DNA of 64,000 bases, taken from positions 58,094,001 to 58,158,000 of the forward strand of contig NC_042998.1 in NCBI RefSeq assembly GCF_006345805.1, in the 5' to 3' direction. Below are positions 49,755 to 63,685 of this stretch, piece after piece; positions within the stretch are counted from its first letter, which is position 1; every line of letters begins with the position of its first letter. A program made the position numbers and the translations under genes. Source of the stretch: Octopus sinensis. Taxonomy: Eukaryota. The notes under the pieces are model-generated. The model saw only the letters and a program-made list of their open reading frames with translations. It searched no databases and was not told where the DNA came from.

Positions 49755-49804
49755 AGTTTTACAGCTGTTTCTGGGATATTAGGGATGTCCTTTCGTCAGA
49801 GACG
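49755..49804 (-). ncRNA. Minimal HHR motif, slightly decayed
   Basis: Minus strand GTCT-CTGACGA-AA-GGACAT-CCCTA-ATATCC-CA-GAAAC-AGCT-GTA^AAAC. Palindromic ACAGCTGT, with one mismatch each in stems I and II. Confidence 0.55.
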
Positions 49805-50115
49805 ATGTGAAATGGTTAAATAGAAGGAAATATTAGAATTCAATATAAGGAGTTAATTTGGAAAAGGAAGCAAATAAGGAGTATATAGGGAAATAGGAGG
49901 ATGAATGTAGAATAAAAATAAAAATGTATAAAGATGTTATAGATGCAGTTTCATTATCCAAGGAAAGAGGTGTGTAGAAGTGGTACAAATGTTTCCTGTT
50001 CGTAGTATGTAAATTCCAATATGAGATCATATTTTGTCATCAGTGTGGAGACGTAGATTCCATGTGCTGTTCATTCAAAAGGGTCTTGTGATGTGAATGA
50101 AATTTTGAGAACGTA

Positions 50116-50540
50116 GTGGTAGTCTTGCCCCGACTCCTACTTCTCTTCACTCCTACTTATCTTCACTGCGACTTCCCTTCACGCCTACTCTCTTTCCTTC
50201 TTCTCTCTTACTCGCTTTCTCTCTCTCTCCCCTCCTTCCCTCTTCCCTCTTACTCTCTTACTCTCTTCTCTCTTTCTCTCTTCTCTCTTCTCTCTTCTCT
50301 CTTACTGTCTTTCTCTCTCCTCTCTTATTCTCTTTCTCACTTCTCTACTCCTCTCTCTCCTCACATACTCACCTTCCCTTCCCCTCATAAACCCACCCTC
50401 CCCTACACATCCCTACTCCACCTTCCTATCCTTCCCATCTCCCCATCCTATCCCCCACCCTCCCCCACATACCCCACCTCTACCCCCACCCTCTGCCTAC
50501 ACACAAACCCCAATCTACCCAAACCCCCAGCCGAAACTGG
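50116..50540 (+). repeat. Pyrimidine-rich low-complexity tract related to the Penelope tail at 44090-44300
   Basis: Shared words GACTCCTACTTC, TTCACGCCT and TCCCCCACATA(T/C)CCC. Confidence 0.55.
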
Positions 50541-50797
50541 AAGAAACCCGTCGTATATGTATATATATATATATATATCTAAACATAATAAAATAGGGTA
50601 ATAATAAATTATTATTACCAGTGGCCTAGCACAAAAACGAATTAGTCATTAGACTATATATTTTTCGTATAGAAATACAATAAGAGGCTTCCAGATAGGA
50701 AAGCGTTGTGCTAGAACACAAAAAAGGATAAATTCATGAAAGGAATGAAAATTAAAAACATTAACCAACTCAACGCTTTCCTATTTGGAAGCCTCTT

Positions 50798-50877
<80 letters not shown>

Positions 50878-50889
50878 GTGTGTGTGTGT

Positions 50890-51072
50890 GTGTATGTATG
50901 TGTTTGTGTGTCCGTTAGCAACCGATGCTGGTGTGTTTACATCCCTTTAACCTAGCGATAGAATAAGTGCCAAGCTTACACAGAATAAGCCCTGGGGTTG
51001 ATTTGTTTGACTAATAGTGGTGCTCCAGCATGGCCGCTGTCAAATGACTGAAACAAGTAAAAGATAAAAGAT
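50890..51072 (+). mobile_element. 3' half of a CORE-like SINE
   Basis: CAACCGATGCTGGTGTGTTTACATCCC...GGTGCTCCAGCATGGCCGCTGTCAAATGACTGAAACAAGTAAAAGA. Confidence 0.75.
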
Positions 51073-53439
51073 AAAATATATATAATATAGGCACAGGATG
51101 TATATATATATATTTATATATACATACATACACGTATATATGCTTATATATGTCTATAAATTTGTATGTATACTCTTGTATATATTTGTATGTGTATATA
51201 ATGATTATATGTTTTTCTTTAATAAAATCTGTGCATATGTCTTATTCTCAAAACACTTACAGCTCAGAATATAAATTATGCGAAAATGCAATTTTTAAAA
51301 ACTACAAAGTTCAACCATATATTACTCGACATCTATAATCTGCAGGCGCCTAACATATTCAAATATAAGAATACATAAAATATGAGTATAATGATGAATA
51401 GAATTTATAATTATTTCGATGTCCTAACAGTTAATGTGATGTATATTCGTGCATGTAACGAAATATAGTTAGGTTTTTAAAAATATGCCTTTTGAAAGCT
51501 TTAGACTATCATTCGAAATATTTCCCATTATAGGAAATTCATGTGAGCAAAATAATTCGTTATAGTAAATAGCTTTTACATGCAGAGATAAAGTTTATTT
51601 GAAAACAAAAGACAATAAATAAGAAAACCATAATCTGTAGCAAAGTTATTAAGGGAAGTAATTCCTGGATATCAAAACTGACACACAGATATATGAGGTA
51701 ATCAATCATGGAAGGGTTTGGGTATATTCATAAGCAATGCGAAGACTTAACAGCTTGTTCTTTTAATGAACAAAATAAAGGGTTGATTTATATTATCGAT
51801 GCTTTATTATGAACAATATCAACGGAACAACTATATTTTTACCTGAAGTAAAACTTTTCTGTATATTTTAACAATCCTAAATGCCAGTTTTTGAATCTTT
51901 GTCCTGTTCTTATATATGAAATACATATTGATAGAAACAGAAATCGATGAAAACGAGTATTTCAGACACTAGCTCCGAGTGTTCAAATCTAATAAGCCCT
52001 TAAATATGGAATATGTTCTATTTTCACTTCTATCATACATATGGAAATTTCTGATATTAGATTCACTATTTACGACATTTCTAAAATTCAATAAGAAGAG
52101 AAATCGATATAAACAAAAAGAAAGAATGGAAATTATTAATCGTAGCCATATCTTATCATGTATAATATTATGCCAAACAACTAAGTAATGCCACTAAAAC
52201 AGCTACTGGAAAGATTTGATGAGGCTGTGTTACATTAGAGATAAATAAGTCAATATTTGATTATGAGAAAAAATGTCGGCCACACAAAACATTGTAGTAT
52301 AAATGTTTGTTCGATTGACTCAATGTATAAGAAATGAGAGATATTAGAAAGATATGAAAGAATAAATAAAAGGCATGGACTTAAATAACTGAGATACTAC
52401 GTTAAGATGATGTAATGGAGATGTATATATATCAAATACAGAAGAAACGTTTTAAATATCAGTTGTAATATAATACATTTCCAAATTCAATATAAAAATA
52501 CATCATATTCTTATATTTACACAAAATTTACTGAAGCAACTAAATAATATTGAAGCGAGCATCATATTGGAGTTCCTGCATTTAAATAATCTAAATCTTC
52601 AAATTTGACAATTTAAACGTTTTGTGACTTTTTAAATTTAACAAATATGGAAATGTTTTTTCTCAGCAAATAGCCGCTGTGAAAAATGACAATAATGGTA
52701 GCAATTCGAAGTTAGAAATTATTCACAAGATTTATGTTTAGATGTGTTAAAAAAAAGTTCTTACCATTGCACAGAGTCTATTAAATAAAGGCTGGGTTAA
52801 TTTATCGTTTACACTCCAGGATAGAAATGTTACTGCAATTGAATAATTGAGAAAGCTTCTGCTTGAGCACTTGTTAGACTAGAAATCTACAAATAATCAA
52901 CAATTTGCAAAGAAGGAAAGAAGATATTAAACGTTGTAGTTATACAAGGCTGAAAAGCCTTTGATTAGATGTGTGTGCATTCGGTTAAGTATCAAAGTCG
53001 ATGACGCGCATATAAAGCGAATATATACTTCTATTTTGCAAATGGAATGAAACTATAAGTTTGTATGCCGCAAAGCATGAGGTATGTTTTAAAACTTTCT
53101 TCCTATGTTTGACACATAGGACTTTCTTCTAGAACCAGAAACCACGTCGTCATCTCTATTCTATTTTTCTCGTGTATTTCTTATTAGCCATAAATGAATA
53201 CTCTGAATCTTTTATGATACCCTAAATTCGCGTCAATGACTTCTAATTGCATGTTAGACTTTGGGTGGCTGATATAATTTAGTGGTAGATAATTTGAGTG
53301 GTACTCTCTATGTGCCACCCGGTTTAACTTTGCTGCCTAGCCAATGAGACCATTAGTGCAATCTATTCTATGACAAGCATTTAAATCAAGTCTTCAATTT
53401 AAATCTAACTCCTTCTTTTCTAGTCTCGAAAGTCAAGGG

Positions 53440-53790
53440 CACACCTCAGTTTTCTGTATGTGTATGTATGTATTAACAGAATGCATTGGCTGGGAAAAGG
53501 GTAACCATTCATCTGCACATGCATGTGCCCGTCTGTGTAAGATTTTTGATAAAGAGTGACAGTTGCTCATGTATGGATGTTGTTTTCCCTCTCCACACCG
53601 CCGATGCGTATTCAAGAGAAAGCCCAATGATTTGGACCAATACAACTTGACAGCAGTGTTGTTACAGGCATTGCTCTCAGAATGTAAAGATCTGGAACAG
53701 ATACTGAAACATATCTTGCCCGACCCTCTAATAATTCCGCCAATCTTCCGCGTTAAATCGGAAATTTGGTTCAAATTATCGATCTAACAT
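53440..53790 (-). mobile_element. Possible decayed L1/Tx1-type ORF2 C-terminal region
   Basis: Minus ORF SDLTRKIGGIIRGSGKICFSICSR...KLYWSKSL...RRCGEGK...YMSNCHSLSK loosely follows the W..DL..EI...W.KI / RLHWSK / CxRC..HM.W.C..L pattern of L1 C-termini. The match is weak. Confidence 0.3.
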
Positions 53791-56701
53791 ATAACCATTA
53801 CATATCCCTCAGTGGGATTTAAACTCAGCAAATAGCCAGAATTCATACCATTACACATTAGTCAGAACTAACAACCCTTCCATTTCATCATCTTAATATG
53901 TAAATGATGTTCAAAATATAAATAATGATTAAAATTAATGATAAATGTAATTAGTTCATCTTCCTATCTATGTTTAATTTATTCAATGGATCAAATATCA
54001 ATAAACATCTGCATATATTGTAATGATGTTTTCGATACCGTAATAATTTTTTTGTGAACCAAAACAATCCGAATCTTAACATGGTTATAGAATGTCTAAG
54101 CTGTAAAAATAAAATTTAGCCTCCAGAAAATCCATTATTTTTTAAATGCAATTGTTTTTAACTTTTGAAGGATAAGCCTCGGTAAATTCCATTCTTTTAT
54201 TTCTCCTATAATTTGAAATAAGTCAACATTGTTAATTGCTTCTTTCCTTACATAAATCAACCAATGGTTTTAAATTGCAAAAAAAAGTTTTACTAACAGA
54301 ATTTTTGAATGTTATATCATTTTGTTTTACTATATTAGCAGTATTTGAATAATTTTGTCCATTAGTGCCTTCCAGTTATTGTAATCATGCAATATCATTT
54401 TGCTTCATTAATTTTCTTTTTTAATATTCTTTTCAGCGAAAGCATTTTTGTACTTGAGTTTTTAACATACACATTTTCTCCATTTTTTTTCTCTCTGGAG
54501 AAAAGTATTTTATTATTGTTATTATCATTATCGTTGTTGTAGTTTTTTTTGTTTGGCTTTTTGTCCATTTATTACACAAGCAGTATAAAAAATATTAAGA
54601 AAAATCAATTTACAAAATAGAATCTCAGGAACAATACAGCTATAATGGAAAGTTGGCTAAGCAGTCTGAAAGGAACAAGAAATGTTTAAAGCTCTTTCTA
54701 CTCTATACAAACTATCCAATATAATTATAAAATGATCGGATTAAGAAAAAATTATTACAATCAATTTGATTAAATAATAACATAAATTTCTTGTATGTAT
54801 GCACATATATATTATTGTTATATTATTACGTTTTAGTTAGCCTGGGTGAAAACGGACAGCTGTTAATTTTGCAGTGGTTTCCAAGCAGGTTTGGTCAATG
54901 AAATTAGCGTTCGAAGAGAACTTCGAAGAGTTGGTAGTGTAAAAGACATGAAGCAATTGCCATTTTGAATGGTTAATATTGGAATACGGTGTTTACAATA
55001 TATGTGAGGGTTAGGTGAAGAATATAAGTCAAGGAGAGGGGTGAGTAGCGAATCAAGTAATTTTTTTTTGTATGGGTTAGAGAAGACGGTTTACTTCTAT
55101 GATATTTCGTTGGGGTTTCTGTGCATTTAAAACCGAGAGGACAATCCTCAACTTTGTGCTACCTACAGAGAGGGACATGTTTCAGTGTTGGGTTACTGAC
55201 GAACAATGCTCATTGGGATGTACTCTTGTCAGAAACTTTTGGATCCCAAGGGACCATATGCTGGGAAGCATCCAGTCCGCTTCAGCGTTGGCATAAACAT
55301 TGTGAAGTCCTTACCCAATGTTTCCAGCATCACGTTCAACATATATATCCTGACATAGAAATAGGATGCATATAGGAAATCTATAATGCATCGACAATAG
55401 TTGGATTAAACCTAAATTCTTCAGGGAAAGGGACTTATTCATTTTTGGAACTTATCATTTACTAAAAAATTTATTAGATATTGCTGAGTGAATGTCTCCT
55501 TCCTATAGTAATAGGGCCAAGGAAAAAGCTCCCATAGGTACAGTGGCTAAGGTAGTAAACTAATTAATATCAAATGTGCTTCTAAACTTGCAACACTTTA
55601 ACTGACACATATGTGACCGTTCGAAAAAAAATTAGGTTCAACAATACCAAATGGTAAATGCTGTAAGGGAATCAATAAAATAGCCAGGGCTAAAATCTAT
55701 TGCTGGTCAGGAAGAAGTAATTAACTTATTTTTATTCGTTTCAGCCTTTGGACTGGAAGTTTGAAGAATTATGTCCATCAGTTCAATCTTAGTACACATT
55801 TCTTTTAGTTTGGCACGTATTTTGTCGGCCATTTTTGTCCAGCTGTTAGATTTCGATGACGCAAACAAACACCAGCTATCAAATTGTGGGGGCGCAAACA
55901 AACACAAAGGCCATACACATAAATACACACACGTACACGCGCGTGTGCGCACGATGGGCTTTTTACGTTAACGTCTACTAAAATCACTCACAAAGCACTA
56001 ATCGGCCTGGAGCTATAGAAGACGCAGTGAGACTGAATCCGAAACCGTGCGGCTGAAAATCGAGCTGCCTACGGAAATTTGTAATTCCCTGTAAACTTAA
56101 CTCCGGAGATCATGCAGTTTTCAGTTAAAACAAACGACCCTTAATGTTGCTACTGTGAAATTTAGATAAGCACGACGATACGACAGCACAGGACTAAGGC
56201 TTTAGTAACTGATGCGAATTATCATCGACATAATTATTCTTACTGGTTACATCAAAGGGCTTGATGTTATTATTTAGAACCAGGTCATGTCTGATTGAGC
56301 ACCTTTTCCCCCGCCGGAGATAATCTTAATGTTATTCCGATATAGGGTAACTTCTGTAACCTCATTATCCAGTGTGACCTCCTGTTTCATGATAATAGAG
56401 AGAAACTCTAGAAAATGAGTCTCCTATATCTAGCAGATCGAATAACCGAGTAGAGACCACGTCATTGGCTATGGTAGTATGTAATGTGGTTAGCGTTTAA
56501 TTCTACCTTATGTACATGACTATGCGTAAATACATGAAATTATATGTGTGTGTGTATGTGTGTGTATGAGTGTGTATGTGTATGTGTGTAATGTGTTTCT
56601 GTAATATTCATTTGTGCGTTTGGTATTTATATTCAACTGTACATCAACATACTCGTAACTACTATTTCTTTGTAATTATCTGGAATAAGTATATATATAT
56701 A

Positions 56702-56753
<52 letters not shown>

Positions 56754-56754
56754 C

Positions 56755-57238
56755 TTTCTTTTACTTGTTTCAGTCATGTGACTGTGGCCATGCTGGAGCA
56801 CCGCCTTTACTCGAGTAAATCGACCCTAGGACTTATTCTTTGTAAGCTTAGTACTTATTCTATCGGTCTCTTTTGCCGAACCGCTAAGTTACAGGGACGT
56901 AAACACACCAGCATCGGTTGTCAAGTCATGTTGGGGGAACAAACACAGACACACAAACATATACATACATACATACATACATACATACATACATACATAC
57001 ATACATACATACATACATACATACATACATACATACATACATACGTACGTACATACATACATACAACATACATACATACATATACATATATTTCCGTCTA
57101 CCAAATCCACTCACAAGGCTTTGATCGACTCAGACCTATAGTAGAAGACACTTGCCCAAGGTGCCACACAGTGGGACTGAACCTGGAACCATGTGGTTTC
57201 TAAGCAAGTTAATTACCACACAGCCATTCCTACGCCTA
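56755..57238 (-). mobile_element. CORE-like SINE with an expanded (TACA)n interior
   Basis: Tail TTACTTGTTTCAGTCATGTGACTGTGGCCATGCTGGAGCACCGCC through head CACACAGCCATTCCTACGCCT. Confidence 0.8.
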
Positions 57239-57496
57239 TATATATATATATATATATATATGGGACTGAACCTGGAACCATGTGGTTTCTAAGCAAGTTA
57301 CGTACCACACATTCATTCCTACGCCTATATGTGTGGAACCTTGGGCAATTGTCTTCTACTATAGGTCTGGGTCGATCAAAGCCCTGTGAGTGGATTTGGT
57401 AGACGGAAATATATATGTATGTATGTATGTATGTGGGACTGAACCTGGAACCATGTGGTTTCTAAGCAAGTTACTTTCCACACAGCCATTCCTACG

Positions 57497-57586
<90 letters not shown>

Positions 57587-57922
57587 TATATGTATGCACG
57601 TATGTCATGGTGTATTATAGAAGTGTTGATACAACTAGCGGCAACAGTGAATGAGAAAAGACTGATTAAATCTGAAGAGTTTATATGATTTACACTCCGT
57701 TTACTGCAAGCTGAAGGATTGCGACAAGTGCAATGTTTCCTTCAAGTAGGCGTTAATTTATCCTCTTTGCAACTGTGTCTTATGTAAAACTGAAATATGT
57801 GTATTAAAATCAGTGTTGTTTATTTCCAAGACATGCATTCCATGCAGGTGATATCACTACCTACCCAATGATACGCCATATCTATCTATGTATCTCTCTC
57901 TATCTATCTATCTATCTATCTA

Positions 57923-58014
<92 letters not shown>

Positions 58015-58707
58015 ATATATGTATGTATGTATGCATGTATGTATGCATATATATATACATACATATATATATGCACACACATACACCGTAGCACCTCGAG
58101 CAAGTGTCTTCTATTATATACTGGAGCCAACCAAAATTCTTGTTATGAATGAATTTGGCAGCCGGAAGCCGGTCGCGTCTAAACATATGAATATTTATAC
58201 GTGTGTGTGCTTGTCCTATCACCATCACCACCAGCACCACCATCACCATTTGACCGCACTGTTGTTTTGTTGAGTTCTCATTATCCAGCTATTCGGCAAG
58301 AGATACCGATAGAATAAGTATCAAACTTGAAACAAGCACGAGTACTGTGTCAATTCGTTCGACTAAACACTTGCAGGCGATGCCCCAGTATGGCCGCAGT
58401 GCACGGCTGTAGCAAATAAAGGACTTGGGATGCACAGACACACATTCATATACTCACACACACATACATACATGCATACATACATATACGCACAGAGACA
58501 TACATACATACATACATACATACATACATACTACATACATACATACATATATACATACATATATTTCCGTCTACCAAATCCACTCACAAGGCTTTGATCG
58601 ACTCAGACCTATAGTAGAAGACACTTGCCCAAGGTGCCACACAGTGGGACTGAACCTGGAACCATGTGGTTTCTAAGCAACGTAATTACCACACAGCCAT
58701 TCCTACG

Positions 58708-58743
<36 letters not shown>

Positions 58744-58986
58744 ACTGAACCTGGAACCATGTGGTTTCTAAGCAAGTTACGTACCACACAGTCATTCCTA
58801 CGCCTATATATGTGGAACCTTGGGCAATTGTCTTCTACTATAGGTCTGGGTCGATCAAAGCCTTGTGAGTGGATTTGGTAGACGGAAATATATATATGTA
58901 TGTATGTATGTATGTGGGACTGAACCTGGAACCATGTGGTTTCTAAGCAAGTTACTTTCCACACAGCCATTCCTACGCCTATATAT

Positions 58987-59068
<82 letters not shown>

Positions 59069-59379
59069 TATATGTATGCACGTATGTCATGGTGTATTAT
59101 AGAAGTGTTGATACAACTAGCGGCAACAGTGAATGAGAAAAGACTGATTAAATCTGAAGAGTTATATGATTTACACTCCGTTTACTGCAAGCTGAAGGAT
59201 TGCGACAAGTGCAATGTTTCCTTCAAGTAGGCGTTAATTTATCCTCTTTGCAACTGTGTCTTATGTAAAACTGAAATATGTGTATTAAAATCAGTGTTGT
59301 TTATTTCCAAGACATGCATTCCATGCAGGTGATATCACTACCTACCCAATGATACGCCATATCTATCTATGTATCTCTC

Positions 59380-59440
<61 letters not shown>

Positions 59441-59446
59441 ATATAT

Positions 59447-59493
<47 letters not shown>

Positions 59494-60007
59494 TATATAT
59501 TATATATATATGTATGTATGTATGTATGTATGCATGTATGTATGCATATATATATACATACATATATATATGCACACACATACACCGTAGCACCTCGAGC
59601 AAGTGTCTTCTATTATATACTGGAGCCAACCAAAATTCTTGTTATGAATGAATTTGGCAGCCGGAAGCCGGTCGCGTCTAAACATATGAATATTTATACG
59701 TGTGTGTGCTTGTCCTATCACCATCACCACCAGCACCACCATCACCATTTGACCGCACTGTTGTTTTGTTGAGTTCTCATTATCCAGCTATTCGGCAAGA
59801 GATACCGATAGAATAAGTATCAAACTTGAAACAAGCACGAGTACTGTGTCAATTCGTTCGACTAAACACTTGCAGGCGATGCCCCAGTATGGCCGCAGTG
59901 CACGGCTGTAGCAAATAAAGGACTTGGGATGCACAGACACACATTCATATACTCACACACACATACATACATGCATACATACATATACGCACAGAGACAT
60001 ACATACA

Positions 60008-60039
<32 letters not shown>

Positions 60040-60040
60040 A
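57050..60040. repeat. Tandem direct duplication of about 1.5 kb (about 57050-58540 and 58540-60040)
   Basis: TTTCCGTCTACC at 57091 and 58564; GGACTTGGGATGCAC at 58421 and 59920. The copies differ mainly in microsatellite lengths, and the breakpoints lie in (TACA)n. Confidence 0.95.
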
Positions 60041-63000
60041 TGTGACAATTTTGAAATTGTCTTTCTTATCTTTCTATCACCTTCAATGGATATACCGAAG
60101 GGGAGATTTTTCCAAGACTTTTCTCACCCTAGCTGAATCACTCTACTAAATTTTCATATATATACTTGCCTTAATATCTTAATTTCGAAACTTCTAATCG
60201 ACACTTTAACCGTGTTAAATATATACATCTCTCATCCTCCAATCTGGCGTCTTTAATAATATATATAAGGTTAGATAAATATAATTCTTTTGATTGTTAA
60301 ATCTGAATATTTGTTTTTCTATTTCTGCAATCATTTTTGTTATGTGTGATATAGTTGTTTCATTATTTACTAATAAACTGAGATGTTCGAGTGTATGTTT
60401 TTCCATCGTTTATTTGTTTTGTTTGGTCTCCCTTTCTGTTTTATTCCCTCCTCTCTCCTTTCATGAGACACTCCTCGCTCGCCTGCACACACACACACAA
60501 ACACACACAACCACACACAACACAGACACACAGCACACACACACACACACATACACAGCACACACAATCTTTCGGTCCGATATCTATTTTTCTTTTGTTA
60601 CTAAGTTCTCGTTTGGTGTGGATTTCGCAGACAGACCAAGCATAAATTGCAATATAACCCCTTTAAATTGAAATCTAAGCCATTAATACACTATTTAACA
60701 CTCACTAAAGAACATAATGGGTGTATCACGCGGATAAATACATTATTGAAGATAGTATTTCTAAGAAACTTCGAGACGTTATTGCTGATAGATTGACTTC
60801 AACTCATAGGAGAACACACTTGGCTATGTTGTACTGCACGAAAATCTGAAAGCCGTGTAAAAATGAAAAACATATAAAAGTGTTGTCGGAACTTTACGAT
60901 CTACATTTCTTGCTATCAGCATAAACAAATCGTTCTTCGAATTACATCCTTTTAGTGCCTCGTATAATAAGGAAAATTGCTTAATATATATTATATTGGA
61001 CTGTCAGTTCATAGATTCTCTCTGCAAACCCAATGCAAGTGCTCAGCTGTGAACGGACAGAAATTTTAATTCTGGACACTTCTACTTAACTGTTGATAAT
61101 AAACAGATCTTCAAGCAATGGTAAATGCTCGGACCGTCATGCAAATTTAATAAACTTCGAGCTAAGCACTGATCTCTGTAAGACCCTTGTTCATATGGAA
61201 TTTAAATTTTTCATTATAGAAATTCGTAGAAAGATATTTCTTAAATGAGTTCTCCTATGAAAACTTTTATCTACCGTTATTAAACAAATGCAATATATAA
61301 CTCTAATAGGTTTTGGCTATTATTGACCCAGGCCATGTCGAACTTAATAGCACTAATAAATCAATCTCTGAGATTGTAAATTCTATCTCCACTAAAAGCA
61401 TTAGGCAAGGCAACCAGCCTTTCGCCTGAAACTCGTTCAATAATTTAATCCCATCTTCCCACATCTAAATTTTATCTTATTTGATCTTCAATTATTTGTA
61501 GTCTGAACTGAACAGTTCAACTCACTACATGATGCTATTCTGATCCCTCCTGCCTACCCAATCTTCAAGCACATAAGAGGTCCATGAGCAATGTTTCATA
61601 ATAATGTGGTAATAATGTCATAATTGTAATCGAACACAACTTCCATATTTCGATTCAAACGTGATTCAGTGTCATTATGCATATCATTTTCTCGGGTTCC
61701 CATTAGAGTTTTAGAATACATACTCAAAAATTGAAGTTAAAGAAACGCTCATCACTCAATTATCATCTCTTTACTAAAGCCAATGGGAAATTCTCATCTT
61801 GATTCAGAACACCGTGTATATGAAAATAGTCTTATGCATATTACTAACAGATCAAATATACATAATAAACCAAAAATCTAAATATACGTTTCGCACAGCT
61901 GCATGCAACGAAGAGAGCCAACGGAAGCTGCACCACTTAAAACAAATAACACTAGTGATAAGAAACGAACTCTCGACCGTTCTTTGATAGTTGTAGCGAA
62001 TGTATACAATTGTGTCTTTCCCTATTAATGTCTTTCCCGACGAATAAATATCCACAATTTAGACTAGTCTGTTTGAAGCTATTATCTGTTAACTAGTAGG
62101 ATTGATTGAATCAACTATAAAACGTTTCTCTTTTCTGGTGGAACTTTATAGTGAGGTATTAACCAACGATAAAATGAGGTATTTACCAACAATTCCTGTA
62201 CCAAACTATAAATTTGCGATATGGGGATTCTAAAACGTGTAAACTGAATGATAATTGATATATTATTGTAAAAGATTAATGGATATTAGGTGCATTGAAG
62301 ATAAATAATTAATATGTGTTGGAATAACAGTCGAAATGTCTGTGAGAGATACGCTTTAGTAACAAAGGAATATTATATTTTCAGCGTATATTTGCGAAAA
62401 ATGTAACCTTGTTTCTGTGCAGAAACAAAATACGAAGCGTGTGCAATGTACATTGAGAATGGGTGTCTGTATTGCTAGATGTTGTAAAAATAAATATTTG
62501 ATGGCGTAATGTCCGGAATCCGAGAAACTGGTGACGATCGAAAGCTATCAAAAGGAGTGAGTTCGCCGAATGTCGAATTGCTATGAGGAGTGGAATGTCT
62601 CTTTGCAAAAAGGTCACGTTATAGTTTCTCTCCTTTGTAGCCAAAGTGAACTCATCTGTATACCACAAATTCCTCGACGAATATTGCAGATCACATTTTC
62701 ACATAAATATGTAACAGATAGAGATAGAGAAAGAGAGGAGTGGTTATCAGCTTTCAAGATCTTGCTATCTAGCGACATTGATGCGACAGATACTTAGAAT
62801 AAATATTGCGAAGGTTAGAGTGGGATAAAATATAATGGATGGATAGGGCATTAAACGTGGTACTGGTCCAAAATGCCTGCAGCAGTCAACTCATATAAAT
62901 GAATCCAAGTATCGGTTGGTGGCATTAAGTTAGGTAATGTGTTAAATCTTGGACCCAAAGGCAAGAGTTGACAGATATTTAAGCATAAAGTATTTTTTTG

Positions 63001-63637
63001 AGAAACCTTGGCACCTACTATGTAACACCAATCACTGTATTAATGCATTTTCATGATTTCCGTCCAGACACTATAATTTCGATATTTTATTCACCCGTTA
63101 ATTTTACATCAAACTCCAGCCGTTCAGGTCCATATTGTTGAACCTCATAACATCCTGAACTTCAAGCCTTAAAATATTCACTGGGAAACATTTCGATATC
63201 TTTCTAAAATACAGGGTTTAATAGTCAACTGTTAAAACCTTAGTACATACCTTGAATTTTCCGAATCAATAAGGTAACATTGACGGGGTTACTTCATCTC
63301 CTAAAAATAGCGGTCAAATCTATCGCAAATAGATACTACTGTTTTATAAAAAGAAAGACACATTGAAGAAAAGTAGTACAATATTTACAGAAAGAGAAAG
63401 CATGATAGTCATCGCTGGGGTATCTTTGTTGCTTTAGCTGGATCAGAGCTGACCCAGAGCTTACAGAAATGAAATACGAACTAAAACCATATCAGTGTAA
63501 ATAATTTGCAGTATTGCCAAGAAACTCATATGATTTCTTGTCTTTTTGCCGGTGTTAAAAATAAGTGGGACTGTAGTGGATGTTTGATTCAAGGGTCATG
63601 TGTAAATACCACGCCTTTCTGACGATTCGTCCGATTC

Positions 63638-63685
<48 letters not shown>

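Noticed and set aside
50010-50050. Minus-strand CTGATGA followed by an AATATGA/TCATATT hairpin
   Set aside because: GAAA is altered (GAAT) and no stem I or stem III can be formed.
53480-53787. Plus-strand exon-like frame with a single in-frame TGA (53557-59), tempting as a Sec codon or a UGA-to-UGG A-to-I recoding site
   Set aside because: No SECIS or editing evidence. An alternative acceptor at 53562 puts the TGA in the intron, and the opposite strand is also open and loosely resembles an L1 ORF2 C-terminus. It cannot be supported without RNA data.
55060-55400. Possible decayed Penelope GIY-YIG region on the minus strand
   Set aside because: Only scattered 3-4 residue similarities across several frames, not enough to support.
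6078-60645. Numerous ORF-track entries rich in IY, CV, HT, ER, LS or MYVC repeats
   Set aside because: They are chance open frames across (TA)n, (CA)n, (GA)n and (TACA)n microsatellites or SINEs.
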